Source of the DNA: a virus
Lineage: Duplodnaviria; Caudoviricetes
Length of the DNA: 60,480 nt
Strand: one strand, 5' to 3'
Virus record (IMG/VR): IMGVR_UViG_3300025392_000294
Coordinates: 1 to 60,480 of that record
The translations under genes and the position numbers were made by a program. A model generated the notes under the pieces. The model ran no database searches, was not told the origin of the DNA, and saw only the letters and a program-made list of their open reading frames with translations. Each line of letters opens with the position of its first letter. Positions within the stretch are counted from its first letter, which is position 1. Positions 37,269-47,399 of the stretch are shown here, one piece after another.

Positions 37269-40200
37269 ATGCCAATCGCAAGATTTCAGTTGCCCGATGG
37301 ACGCATAGGGCGCTTTGAGGTTCCTGAAGGCACAAGTCCCGAGCAGGCGATGCAGCTTATATCCAGCAGCTTGCCAGATTTACTCCCCAAAGAGACACCC
37401 CAACAAGTTGAGGCGCCTGCTGCCGCCCCGACTGCCGTTCCAACTGCTGCTCCAACTGCCACTCAAGCTCCCGCTCAAGCTCCCAGTAAGCCTTGGTGGG
37501 CTCCATTTGCAGAAGCAGCCACAGGGGAGGCAGAGCTTGGAAAACAAGTTGGTCCAAAGGTTTTGGGCGGTAATCTTGCGCAAGATATATTTGCAGCGGG
37601 ACAAGCTACGCCCACTTATGCTAAAGCTGCCACACAGGCTTTAGTTGGTGGCAATAGTCCAGAAGATCTAACATCTCAAACAGATTGGCGACACGATACC
37701 ATTGCAGAAGCCAGAGAGCTTTCAAAGAAAAATGCAAAAGATCCAAGTCTACAAGATGAATATATTTTAGGTATCACTCGTCAAAAGGTGCGCGAGTTAC
37801 CGCAGAACGCTATGTTCTCGGTTATTTCTATGGGTGCTGGCTTGGCCGCAGGAGCTGCTGGCATGGTTGCTGGCCCTGTTGGTGCATATGGTGCGGGTAC
37901 AGCTGCGTCTGGTCTAGCCGCTTACCGCATGGATACCAATGGTTTCTTGCGAGACATTAGAGAAAATCTTGATGAGGCCTCTGTAAAGGCCACAGGAAAA
38001 CCTTTGACAGATAAGCAATGGTTGGATTACGCCAAACAATACAACGGCCTTGTTCAAGAGCATGGTCTTTGGGAGGCGGTCCCAGAGGCGCTTGGTAATG
38101 CATTGGGCGCAAAATTAGGCGCCACCATATTCAGAGAGGCCGGCAAAGGTCTCATGGGCACGTTAAAGTCGTTTGGCGCTACGGCTCTTGAGTTTGGTAC
38201 AGAGCTTGGCACTGAGACCGTTACTCAGACTGGTCAACACAATGTTGAGGTTGATGCTGGACTCAGCGATCAACCCAAGCGTTCATTTGCCAACCCCAAT
38301 GATATTGCAAAATCCGCAAAAGAAGTTTTGCCTGATGTTTTGTTGTTATCGGGAATGGTTGCTGGGGGGGCTCATGTAGCCGGTAAAGTCTATAACAACA
38401 CAGAATTTGGTCAAAACAAACAGATTGCTGATGCCATCAAAGAAAACGTTAAGGCTGGTAACTTTTCACCTGACAAGATCCGAAAAGAAGCCATAGCAAG
38501 GCTTGATCCTAACTCTTACAACCAAGAGGCCATTAAGCCAGAAGAAACTGTTGACCTCAACAAAAGATTGCCCGCCGCTGTTGCACCCCCAGAGCAGCCA
38601 CCAGAAGAGGGTCAACAAGTTGCCCCACCAACAGAGCAAGTTGCCGGCCCATCCATCAGTCAAGATACTCAAGCTATGCTGGATGAGCTGAGTGGTAAAA
38701 ACATTGAGGAAGCTCCTGTTGAAAAACCAAAGGCAGAAGAACCTAAAGTTGAAGAGCCTAAAGCATTAGAGCCACCCAAGAAGGAAGAGCCAAAAGTTGA
38801 AGAGCAAGTTAAGGAAGAGCCTGCTGCTCCGAAAGTTGAGGAGGCTCTCAATTTGCCGCCAAAAACAGAAGAACTCAAGGCAGAAGAAAAGCCAACTACT
38901 GTCGTAGAACCAGACATTAAAGTTGGCAAGTCAAAGTTGACCCCTGCCCCGATACTAGAAAAGCTTGCACAGCCTGCAATCGATGGCATCAATAAAGCAA
39001 AAGAACTTGCAAGTCAGCTGACGGAAACTATGTCGGGAAATCCTGATGCGCAAAAAGCCGTTGACAATCTAAACAGCACCTCAAGTATATTGAACGAAAA
39101 AGGTCAGGCTGCTGTTGATGAGATGGCCAGGAACAACAAGAAGACTCCTGGAGAGCAAAACAGAGCTATACAGAAGGCAAGCGCTGAGTTGAAGAAAGCT
39201 TTGATAGAGCACAACAAATCTTTGAACGCAGCAAAAAAACTAATAACTCCAACCAAAGCCAGGGTTAAGAAGACGCCGGCTCCGCTAGAGCTCGTCAACA
39301 AAACCCAAGAGCAACTAGATCTTGAAAAACTCAATAAAGATCTAGAGAGCGCTGAGATGGCCAGGAGACAAATAAAAACAACAGGTTTGTTTGGCGCCTT
39401 GAGAGGCAAATTAAAAGCAAAAGACATCAACGATATTTCTCCTGACAAAGAATACGCGCAACTTAAAAACAAAAATGGCGGAGCGTCTTTGGTCGATATT
39501 GTTGCGAGTGGTGATCTTGATGCTTATCTGCCTTACAAATTGCGCCATGATCACCCCGATTTTGATAATAAAGACGCCGCTGACTATATAGCCGAAAGAT
39601 TAAGTCAGAAAAACTACATGACGATAGAGGCCGAAGATGAGATAAAGAAAATTACTGGCGCCATAGACGAACTGCGCGGCAACATCAAAGAATTAGAAGA
39701 TCAAATCAAACAACAATTGGAGTTAAAAGATGTCAACCTCCTCCTTGAAGAAGCCTTTAATGAGCAAAGAGAAGCTGACCTTGCTGATACGGTCATTGAG
39801 CCCGAAGGCGAGAATAGAGCTGTTGAGCCAGGTAAAACAAAATTGGCACTTACCGGTCAAACACCAGATGAAGTCCGAGCGGCCGAGCGCGCCAAGGAAG
39901 ACCGCCTAAAAGCCGAGAGAGAGGCGGAAGCTAAAGCCAAGGCCGATGAAGGTGTTGGTGAGTTTACTTTGACAGGAAGTAATCGTCCTGCCGACATTGC
40001 TGCCGCCAAAGGCCAAGAGGGTTTGTTTGACGAGCGCACTCCAGAAGTTAAAGAACACCCAGAATGGGCTACTGGTCACGCTAAAGATGTAGCCGGTAAG
40101 ATTGTCTATTCCGATGACGATGCCGCCTTGCTCCAAGGTCATTCTCTTTTAAGCGGAAAGAATGTTTATTCTGCAATCGATAGAGAGTCCGGGAAAAGAA

Positions 40201-43200
40201 CAACATCCGATATTCGGAACTTTACAGGTAAGTTATTCAAGCCCGATGTGTTGCAAAGACTGCAAGAGCAGGCCAATCGTATTGAGACCGAAGACAAAGC
40301 CAACCAAGCCAAGTTTCCTGATGGACCATTCCAAAACAAAGGCAATGTAGTTGGGACGGATGACTTTGATCCAAAGTATGTTTCTTATTTAGAGGGTTTG
40401 CTGAATGCCGCCAATCTTGGTGGACTAAAAGTATTCTTAATACATCCAGATGATGCTCGTGCAAATGCCGAGAAATACAACTTGTATGGTGACTATTCGT
40501 CGGCTAAATCAGCTGGAATGAGTTTTACTGAAGACGGGTCTACTCGTCTGTTTGGTCCCAACAATAAATACGCTTACATTTCCGTCAAGCCAGGGCTTAG
40601 TGAAACAAGAACAATTGAAACGATAGCGCATGAAGTTGGCCACATTATTGAGAAAGTTGCCTTAAACAGCGCGCCAAAAGAAATTAAAGACCAGCTGGTA
40701 GCAGAGCATAAAAAATGGGTTGAAAAGAATGTCAAGGGCGCCGCGAGAGATCTAATTCTTAACTTGCGCAATCGAGAGACGGGTGAGGCTCATGCTCAAA
40801 GCGTAATAGATAACATGCCAGCCAAAGACTTGACCAGATACTGGACAAGTTTTGATGAGTGGTTTGCAGATAACGTATCGCGTTGGGCCACAACAGCAGA
40901 TAAACCTATCAGCGTTGTTGAGAAGTTCTTTGCCAATGTTGCTAAAAAACTCAAAGAACTTGTTGGTATTATTACTGGCAATAAATTTTCACCCAATGAA
41001 GAGGTTGCCAAGTTTATTGAAAATATGGGACCATCAACGGTCCAAGACTGGTATACCTCTAAAGATAAAGCAAGTTCTGAGAGTTACTTTTCAACGTCGG
41101 ATGCCGCATTTGAACCCATCTTCCAAGAAGAGAAAAAGCGCAACCCATCTTTTAAGCGCGCTGTCACTGGTCTCAACAAATCTCGCAATAAAGGCATACT
41201 CACCGATGAAGAGTTTGCTCTTAGGGTTGGCGCTGAATTGGATGCTGACAACAATAGAAAGTCTAATGCCTTAACGCCAGCCAGAAGGCGTGGCATTCTT
41301 CACATCAAGGCGAGGTTAAATGAAGAGGGCGCTAGAAATGTAATCAGCAAAGAGGCTATAGATCTAGCTGAATGGTTTATGAACCAGAACCCAAGTTTGG
41401 TTGATGATCTTGGTATATCGATCAAAAAGGGTGAGCGTGGCACTGGCGGCAACTACGAAAGCCTAAGACGCATATTTAGCTTGATGAAAAATGCGGGCAG
41501 CGATGAGACGCCAATTCATGAGATTTTGCACCATACCGAAAGGATGATGCCGGGCGATATACAAAATGCTATACGCAAAGAATGGCTGCAACAGCTATTA
41601 AAAGCGCAAAAGAATGCAAAGACTCAAGAAGAGAAAGTATTTTTTGCCGCTGTGATGGATAGTCATTTTGGTGATAACCGCGCTTTAGATATTGAAGTAA
41701 AAGACAAAAATGGGAATGTAGATAAATCTGTCAACAAATTTTTGTATGACACGATCATGCGCGCCAAAAATCCAGGAGAGTCTCTTACCAGCTCCAAGTT
41801 GGCCAAGTTTTTATTGCAGCACACTAGCTTGCCAATTGCAAATTATCGGTTTGTCAATCCATCAGAGTTTTGGGCTGTTAATGGATCGCGCATTGTTGCT
41901 GGTGATTACGCCGCAATAAAAGGCACAAAACTCGACAGGCTAAAGAATTGGTTGGGCAAGCTTGCTGAAAAGATTAAGTCATTGTTTGGGTTTAGATCTG
42001 ACGCGCCCATTCTTAAAGCGCTCAACAGTTTGAGTAAATCAGATGGAGTGTTTCAGTCATCTGAAATGCTGGGTGGCACTCAGTTTGAGTCTATTAATCA
42101 AGGCCAAATGTTCCCACCGGCACCTCAGCCCCAACAAGTTGCCCCCTTGAGCCCGCAAGGCCGACAAGGCAACATGTTCCCGCCCGGTCCTCCAAGTAAG
42201 AGGAACGTGTTTGGCGGACCCGCACCACAGAAGACCTGGGATCTTGCGCCCGAGACCAAGCTTGGCAATCTAATTAACACGCTTGACTATAAAATTCACG
42301 ACAAGCACGTTGATACAAGGCAAGTCCAAGCTGCGATTACCAAGAATGTTGGCCTGATTGATGACGCGTTTGATGCGTACATGAAGGAAGAGCTCTATCA
42401 CGGCAGGACAGCCAACGAGATCAAAGACTTTCTCAAGAATGACTTAAGCCCAGTCGTCAAAGATTTAATAAGCGCCAAGCTTAGTATCGATGATCTAGAG
42501 CAGTATTTACACAACCGCCATGCCGAAGAGCGTAATGATGCCATTGCGCAGATCAATCCCAGGTTTGCGGATGTTGATAACGAGCCTGGCTCCGGTATTG
42601 GCACTCAGGCGGCCAGGGATTACTTTAAGAATCTTGATCCAACAAAAGCGGCCGAGCTTGCAAAGATCGCTGCCAAGGTGGACGACATCATCAAGGGCAC
42701 GCAAAAGATTCTTGTTGACCGCGGTCTTGAGACTCAGGCGACAATTGACAACTGGAATCAGGCCTACAAGCACTACATCCCGCTCATGAGGGATCAAGAA
42801 GAGCTTGACTTCATGCATCATGGTGTTGGCTTGGGTAAAGGTTTCCAAGTCAAGGGAGGCGCATCCAAGCGTGCCTACGGCTCAACAAAGTCCGTGGTAG
42901 ACATTCTTGCCAACATTGCCATCCAACGTGAGAGTGCCATCATCCGTTCTGAGAAAGCCCGGATTGGTCGTGCGCTGTATGGCATGGCCTTGAAGAATCC
43001 CAATCCAGACTTTTGGTTACCAGTCAATCCTGATGCAATCAAGAATAAAGCGGCCTTGTATCAAGAGCTTGTCTCAATGGGTCTGCCCATCTCTACTGCA
43101 CAGAACTTTATCCAAGAGCCGAAGACTCCCAGCATCGATCCTTTGACTGGTCAGGTTCGGTACACCATTAATGCAGGCCTCAGAAGCAGTCCTAATGTGT

Positions 43201-44948
43201 TTCCTGTCAGGATCAACGGCAAAGACCGTTACATCTTCTTCAACACAAAGGATCCTAAAGCCATCAGAATGGCCCAAGCGATGTCAAACCTAGATGCCCA
43301 GACCTTGGGTGGCCTGCTGGGTACATCAGCGCAAATAACGCGCTGGATCGCGTCTGTTAATACACAGTTTAATCCAGTGTTTGGTGTTATCAACTTTACG
43401 CGCGATTCTTTTGGTGCCGCATTTAATTTGACCAACACTCCGTTGGCTGGCAAACAAAAAGAAGTTGCCAAACATGTTTTTCCAGCAATGTTTGCCATTT
43501 TCCAGGGTGAAAGAGCAAGCAGAAAAAATGCAGCAATCACCGGGCCTTATGTTGCTCTTTATGATCAATTCCGTCGGGCTGGTGGAACGACCGGTTTCAG
43601 AGAGTCATTCGCAAAAGGTAACTTTAGCGGCAAGGACACAACTATTGTAGAAAGATTGTGGGCTGACGAGACTCAAAGCGGCGCCATGAAAAAGGCGAGG
43701 TATGTGTTTGACGCATTGTCGGACTACAACGAGGCAATGGAGAACGCCGTTCGTCTGTCTGTATTCAAGGTCGCTCTTGATATGAATTTGAGCGAAGAGC
43801 GCGCAGCCAGTTTAGCTAAAAACATCACCATTAACTTCAACCGCAAAGGCCAATCCAGTCCTCTGCTACAAGCTTTGTATGCATTCTTTAACCCCGCTGT
43901 ACAAGGCGCCGTTCTTGTTGGTAAAACATTAAACGGTCCAGCAGGAAGAAAAATCATTGCAGGTGGTCTTGCTGTTGGCGTCCTCCAGGCTTTGTGGATG
44001 GCCGCGGCTGGGTTTGATGCCGATGAGCCGCCAGACTATATTCGGGATAAAAACTTCATCATTCCAATTGGTAACAAGAAGTATTTAACCCTCCCAATGC
44101 CACCTGGATACAACGTGGTGCCGGGTGTTGCACGCATTGCAACAGAATACATCCTTGGCAAGAACCATTTGATTAGCGGCGGTAAACCAATTACTGATGC
44201 GGCAACACAAGTCTTGGGTCTGTTTTTAGATTCATTCAACCCATTGGGTGGCGGTACTATTGCTCAGATGTTATCTCCAACGCCTATAGATCCAATCGTT
44301 TCTGTAACAATGAACAAGGATGCGTTTGGTCGTCCAATCTTTAAAGAAGATCTGGCCACCAAGCCAACACCTGGGTTCATGAGGAGCCGTGAGAATTCCA
44401 CGCAAATAAGCCAGTGGATTGCAGAGTTCTTAAACTATGTCAGTTCACCTCCTGGAACGCATTTCACCAAGGGAAAGATTAGTCCAACCGCGGATGAGAT
44501 TGACTACTATGCAGGTCAAATTGGTGGAGGAGCTGCTCGCGAGGTCATCAAGGCTGGTGAGTTGGTTAAGTCTGCCTTTACCAGCGAGCCGGTGCCCAGC
44601 TACAGAATCCCGCTTGCAGGACGTTTCTATGGCGATGCAAAGAGTCAGGCGGCCATTCAAGACAAGTTCTACAACAATATTACGTTGATGAATAAGTATG
44701 GGAATGAAATCATGAACATTCAAAAGTCTAGCCAAGATCCCAGTAAGTTTATTGCGGCCAACCCAGCGGCTCAACTTTATAACTCTGCCTCTGAATACAA
44801 CAACATGATCAATGAGATGAATAAAAACAAAAAGATGATGTTGAAGAATAAGGTTCCATTAAAAGATATTCGTGACTTTGAGGCTCAAAAATATCAATTA
44901 ATGAAATCTTTCAATGATCAAGTTGCGGATGCGCAGAAACGGAGATAA
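37269..44948 (+). CDS. Large polyvalent / internal virion protein with two HExxH zincin-like domains and LPD38-like C-terminus
   Basis: 2559 aa; IAHEVGH and IHEILHH; NITINFNRKG...LYAFFN..VQG. Confidence 0.7.
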   Translation: MPIARFQLPDGRIGRFEVPEGTSPEQAMQLISSSLPDLLPKETPQQVEAPAAAPTAVPTAAPTATQAPAQAPSKPWWAPFAEAATGEAELGKQVGPKVLGGNLAQDIFAAGQATPTYAKAATQALVGGNSPEDLTSQTDWRHDTIAEARELSKKNAKDPSLQDEYILGITRQKVRELPQNAMFSVISMGAGLAAGAAGMVAGPVGAYGAGTAASGLAAYRMDTNGFLRDIRENLDEASVKATGKPLTDKQWLDYAKQYNGLVQEHGLWEAVPEALGNALGAKLGATIFREAGKGLMGTLKSFGATALEFGTELGTETVTQTGQHNVEVDAGLSDQPKRSFANPNDIAKSAKEVLPDVLLLSGMVAGGAHVAGKVYNNTEFGQNKQIADAIKENVKAGNFSPDKIRKEAIARLDPNSYNQEAIKPEETVDLNKRLPAAVAPPEQPPEEGQQVAPPTEQVAGPSISQDTQAMLDELSGKNIEEAPVEKPKAEEPKVEEPKALEPPKKEEPKVEEQVKEEPAAPKVEEALNLPPKTEELKAEEKPTTVVEPDIKVGKSKLTPAPILEKLAQPAIDGINKAKELASQLTETMSGNPDAQKAVDNLNSTSSILNEKGQAAVDEMARNNKKTPGEQNRAIQKASAELKKALIEHNKSLNAAKKLITPTKARVKKTPAPLELVNKTQEQLDLEKLNKDLESAEMARRQIKTTGLFGALRGKLKAKDINDISPDKEYAQLKNKNGGASLVDIVASGDLDAYLPYKLRHDHPDFDNKDAADYIAERLSQKNYMTIEAEDEIKKITGAIDELRGNIKELEDQIKQQLELKDVNLLLEEAFNEQREADLADTVIEPEGENRAVEPGKTKLALTGQTPDEVRAAERAKEDRLKAEREAEAKAKADEGVGEFTLTGSNRPADIAAAKGQEGLFDERTPEVKEHPEWATGHAKDVAGKIVYSDDDAALLQGHSLLSGKNVYSAIDRESGKRTTSDIRNFTGKLFKPDVLQRLQEQANRIETEDKANQAKFPDGPFQNKGNVVGTDDFDPKYVSYLEGLLNAANLGGLKVFLIHPDDARANAEKYNLYGDYSSAKSAGMSFTEDGSTRLFGPNNKYAYISVKPGLSETRTIETIAHEVGHIIEKVALNSAPKEIKDQLVAEHKKWVEKNVKGAARDLILNLRNRETGEAHAQSVIDNMPAKDLTRYWTSFDEWFADNVSRWATTADKPISVVEKFFANVAKKLKELVGIITGNKFSPNEEVAKFIENMGPSTVQDWYTSKDKASSESYFSTSDAAFEPIFQEEKKRNPSFKRAVTGLNKSRNKGILTDEEFALRVGAELDADNNRKSNALTPARRRGILHIKARLNEEGARNVISKEAIDLAEWFMNQNPSLVDDLGISIKKGERGTGGNYESLRRIFSLMKNAGSDETPIHEILHHTERMMPGDIQNAIRKEWLQQLLKAQKNAKTQEEKVFFAAVMDSHFGDNRALDIEVKDKNGNVDKSVNKFLYDTIMRAKNPGESLTSSKLAKFLLQHTSLPIANYRFVNPSEFWAVNGSRIVAGDYAAIKGTKLDRLKNWLGKLAEKIKSLFGFRSDAPILKALNSLSKSDGVFQSSEMLGGTQFESINQGQMFPPAPQPQQVAPLSPQGRQGNMFPPGPPSKRNVFGGPAPQKTWDLAPETKLGNLINTLDYKIHDKHVDTRQVQAAITKNVGLIDDAFDAYMKEELYHGRTANEIKDFLKNDLSPVVKDLISAKLSIDDLEQYLHNRHAEERNDAIAQINPRFADVDNEPGSGIGTQAARDYFKNLDPTKAAELAKIAAKVDDIIKGTQKILVDRGLETQATIDNWNQAYKHYIPLMRDQEELDFMHHGVGLGKGFQVKGGASKRAYGSTKSVVDILANIAIQRESAIIRSEKARIGRALYGMALKNPNPDFWLPVNPDAIKNKAALYQELVSMGLPISTAQNFIQEPKTPSIDPLTGQVRYTINAGLRSSPNVFPVRINGKDRYIFFNTKDPKAIRMAQAMSNLDAQTLGGLLGTSAQITRWIASVNTQFNPVFGVINFTRDSFGAAFNLTNTPLAGKQKEVAKHVFPAMFAIFQGERASRKNAAITGPYVALYDQFRRAGGTTGFRESFAKGNFSGKDTTIVERLWADETQSGAMKKARYVFDALSDYNEAMENAVRLSVFKVALDMNLSEERAASLAKNITINFNRKGQSSPLLQALYAFFNPAVQGAVLVGKTLNGPAGRKIIAGGLAVGVLQALWMAAAGFDADEPPDYIRDKNFIIPIGNKKYLTLPMPPGYNVVPGVARIATEYILGKNHLISGGKPITDAATQVLGLFLDSFNPLGGGTIAQMLSPTPIDPIVSVTMNKDAFGRPIFKEDLATKPTPGFMRSRENSTQISQWIAEFLNYVSSPPGTHFTKGKISPTADEIDYYAGQIGGGAAREVIKAGELVKSAFTSEPVPSYRIPLAGRFYGDAKSQAAIQDKFYNNITLMNKYGNEIMNIQKSSQDPSKFIAANPAAQLYNSASEYNNMINEMNKNKKMMLKNKVPLKDIRDFEAQKYQLMKSFNDQVADAQKRR

Positions 44949-45219
44949 ATCCGCGCTCAAAGAGTTGGCCTATCGTTTTGCGATGGGCTTCATCCCAAAG
45001 CTCAACCCTCTCTTGTTTCGAGAGGTCTTTGCCTTGGTCTAACTCCATGTGGCACTTGTAGCAAAGCGACGCAACCCGATAGTCATGCGCTTTCAGGCCG
45101 CGTCCTTTGCCGTCTCGGAGCTGGTTAGAGTGCGCCGCCACCACCGTGCCATCTATGATTCCGCAATGTTGGCAAGGTAACTCGTGGCAGACATCCAGTA
45201 ACTTTCTATTCCGATACAT
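44911..45219 (-). CDS. His-Me finger nuclease-like protein (DUF1364/Ref-like)
   Basis: PCQHCG...VVAAHSN...GKG.GLKAHD...LCYKCH. Confidence 0.65.
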   Translation of the reverse strand: MYRNRKLLDVCHELPCQHCGIIDGTVVAAHSNQLRDGKGRGLKAHDYRVASLCYKCHMELDQGKDLSKQERVELWDEAHRKTIGQLFERGFISVSAHPQLDH

Positions 45220-45400
45220 TCTTTTTCCTTTTTTTGAGTGCAACAATTCCCTCTTGGGGATCTAGTTCCTCGAGTAAAGCATCGGCCAACAAGACGCATT
45301 CTTTTGCAATCTCGTGTGCCTCGTGGTCAAAGACAGTGCCGGCCAGCTTGCTGAGTGCAAACATGGCTGCCAGTGCTCGAAAGTTTTCACGGTCTTCCAT
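45206..45400 (-). CDS. Hypothetical protein
   Basis: Tight packing; LADALLEEL motif. Confidence 0.55.
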   Translation of the reverse strand: MEDRENFRALAAMFALSKLAGTVFDHEAHEIAKECVLLADALLEELDPQEGIVALKKRKKNVSE

Positions 45401-45606
45401 TAATGCATCTCCCCTTTTGATTCGGCCAATATGTCTTTGTACAGGTTTCTAATGAGATTCATGGCGTCTTCTTCTTCGACTGACAGCTTGACGCCCATAC
45501 TACAAAAGAGTGCAGCGAAAGCCAAAAAGACTTCGGTTGGGCGCTCCTCTATCTCTTCCTCAAGGGCGCGAGAGACCATGATAGCTATTGCATGCGAGGC
45601 TTTCAT
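45400..45606 (-). CDS. Hypothetical protein
   Basis: Overlapping start/stop codons with neighbours. Confidence 0.55.
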   Translation of the reverse strand: MKASHAIAIMVSRALEEEIEERPTEVFLAFAALFCSMGVKLSVEEEDAMNLIRNLYKDILAESKGEMH

Positions 45607-45866
45607 TTGCGAAGTCTCTTGATATTTTGTTCGAGGATTTCTTTTAAGTAGTCCCCTCCCGCATTCTTGAGCTCACGGTTTTTCATGACGACCTTTGCGG
45701 CATCCTCCAAGCCTCTGTTGTACCCTGCTTTGAACTGATCACCGCCGTCCATGATCATGCAGATCGCATCCCTCACCATTGAGGAGGCCTTGCGCTCCTT
45801 GGCTAATTCTTTGATCTGATCGTAGTATTCCGGCGGCAAGTACACGCTGTATGGGATTAACTTCAT
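45603..45866 (-). CDS. Ribbon-helix-helix-like regulator
   Basis: YSVYLP.E.Y..IKELA.....S..VRDAI. Confidence 0.55.
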   Translation of the reverse strand: MKLIPYSVYLPPEYYDQIKELAKERKASSMVRDAICMIMDGGDQFKAGYNRGLEDAAKVVMKNRELKNAGGDYLKEILEQNIKRLRK

Positions 45867-46285
45867 TCTTTTCTCCAGTGCTCAAAGCTTGAGCGCAATT
45901 GATTGAATAGAGCCCTTGCCTCGACGTTGGTCTTGAGCTCCTTGCGGGACTCAATATCAAGGTATCCACAAAGCCACTCTGTACAAGCAAACTCATTCTT
46001 GTCCATCAACCATTCTTTTTTGTTGAGCCAGTCCCAAAACTCTTTGTCCCGACAGAGCATGCCGGCGATCTTTACCGCCATGTCTCCTGGAAACTCGTCT
46101 TCTCGGACTATTGGCATTTCGTCGTCTCCGAGTCTGACCATGACCACCACATACCGTGATCCAACAAAATCCCTCATGAGGTCATCAGGGATGTCGTCTG
46201 GATGCACGGCAAGGGTGAGAACATAACCATCCTTGGATTGTTTTAAAGCGGTTTTAATCGCTTCGAACTGGATTGGTTCGCTCAA
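45863..46285 (-). CDS. Hypothetical protein
   Basis: TTG start with GGAG RBS; coherent 140 aa. Confidence 0.6.
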   Translation of the reverse strand: MSEPIQFEAIKTALKQSKDGYVLTLAVHPDDIPDDLMRDFVGSRYVVVMVRLGDDEMPIVREDEFPGDMAVKIAGMLCRDKEFWDWLNKKEWLMDKNEFACTEWLCGYLDIESRKELKTNVEARALFNQLRSSFEHWRKE

Positions 46286-46424
46286 GTCTTTTCTCCAAAT
46301 ATTTGATAATGATCTCTTGTTCTTCGTTCTCTTTTGCCAAAAGCAATAGAACCTCTCTCAGGTTCTCGAGAGTCTGTTTAGTTGTCCCAGGGGTCTGCGA
46401 CTGGGGTTTGCTGCTTTTTCTCAT
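46254..46424 (-). CDS. Short coiled-coil hypothetical protein
   Basis: Hand-translated MRKSSK...LENLREVLLLLAKENEEQEIIIKYLEKRL; fills an intergenic gap. Confidence 0.4.
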   Translation of the reverse strand: MRKSSKPQSQTPGTTKQTLENLREVLLLLAKENEEQEIIIKYLEKRLERTNPVRSD

Positions 46425-46638
46425 AAGTGTTTACCTTTAATGAAACCATGTGATTGCCTTCTTTGTCTTTCTTCTTCCAGCCGTCAAGCTTGATCTTGAC
46501 CTCGCCTTCAGACTTCTCAATCAGGGATAGAAGTAAGTCCCTATCGATGTCGATGTACCCGTTGAAGTGCGGTGACTTCTCGTTGAACATTTTTTTAGCG
46601 GTGAACAATGTGCCGCTGTTGGGGAAATCTGCGCTCAT
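46378..46638 (-). CDS. Putative ssDNA-binding protein (DUF736-like)
   Basis: NSGTLF...SPHFNG.I...KLDGW; acidic/aromatic tail DPWDN; next to Erf. Confidence 0.5.
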   Translation of the reverse strand: MSADFPNSGTLFTAKKMFNEKSPHFNGYIDIDRDLLLSLIEKSEGEVKIKLDGWKKKDKEGNHMVSLKVNTYEKKQQTPVADPWDN

Positions 46639-47399
46639 TTAAATGACTCCTTTTTAGCCTTGAACAAATCCAACAATTCGGCAAATTCCGCTGGATAACT
46701 CTTCTTTAAATCCTCATAAACGGATTTATTGACGCGGTATATACTCTGCACATCTTCGGCCGCTTGCGTGAGGTCCACGGTCATTTTTGTGGCTTCTATG
46801 ACCATGTTCTTCCATTCATCATCTTTGAGGAATTGGTCAATACTGATCTTCCACTCGACCATTGGCTGTGCCACGCCAATTTCCTGAAGTCCTGGGAACT
46901 CTTTTGAGTCCTTCAAGACTGTTGGTTTGGGCGTTTCTGCCTTGTATTTGGGCTTGTCAACTTGTTGGGGGTCAACTTGTTGGGGCTTGGGAGGGTCAAC
47001 TTGTTGGGGTTTAACCGGCTTTTCCAGTGGGGGAGCCGCATCAATGGGGTCGTTCTCAACCAGCTCCATCGCAGTCATCCACAGATAGCGACGTTGATAG
47101 GTCTCAACAGCGCCCAAGTTCTGTATTTCGTGCGCGCCCTTCAGGGATGCCGAGGCCATAGGGGACTGGATGACCACCATTGTGCCGTCGTCCACGTCTG
47201 TGATGGTTAGAGTGGCGAAATCTGACCCGTAGGATACGATCCCGCAGAGCCCTACTTTCTCGAATATGAGTTGGCAGGCCGGCAGAAAGTCTCCGAGCTC
47301 GAAGTATTTGTAGCCCGCAAAACTGTTTTTACCAGTCTTTTCAAGCTTGGCCAGCAGTAACTGGCACCGAGCCGTCATCAGTTTTTTGTGAACTGTCAT
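46635..47399 (-). CDS. erf: Erf-family single-strand annealing protein
   Basis: KTGKNSFAGYKYFELGDF...QNLGAVETYQRRYL. Confidence 0.8.
   Translation of the reverse strand: MTVHKKLMTARCQLLLAKLEKTGKNSFAGYKYFELGDFLPACQLIFEKVGLCGIVSYGSDFATLTITDVDDGTMVVIQSPMASASLKGAHEIQNLGAVETYQRRYLWMTAMELVENDPIDAAPPLEKPVKPQQVDPPKPQQVDPQQVDKPKYKAETPKPTVLKDSKEFPGLQEIGVAQPMVEWKISIDQFLKDDEWKNMVIEATKMTVDLTQAAEDVQSIYRVNKSVYEDLKKSYPAEFAELLDLFKAKKESFK

Noticed and set aside
47375-47381. CTGATGA on the minus strand as a sixth hammerhead
   Set aside because: Lies in the erf coding sequence with no stem II-GAAA-stem III-UH arrangement
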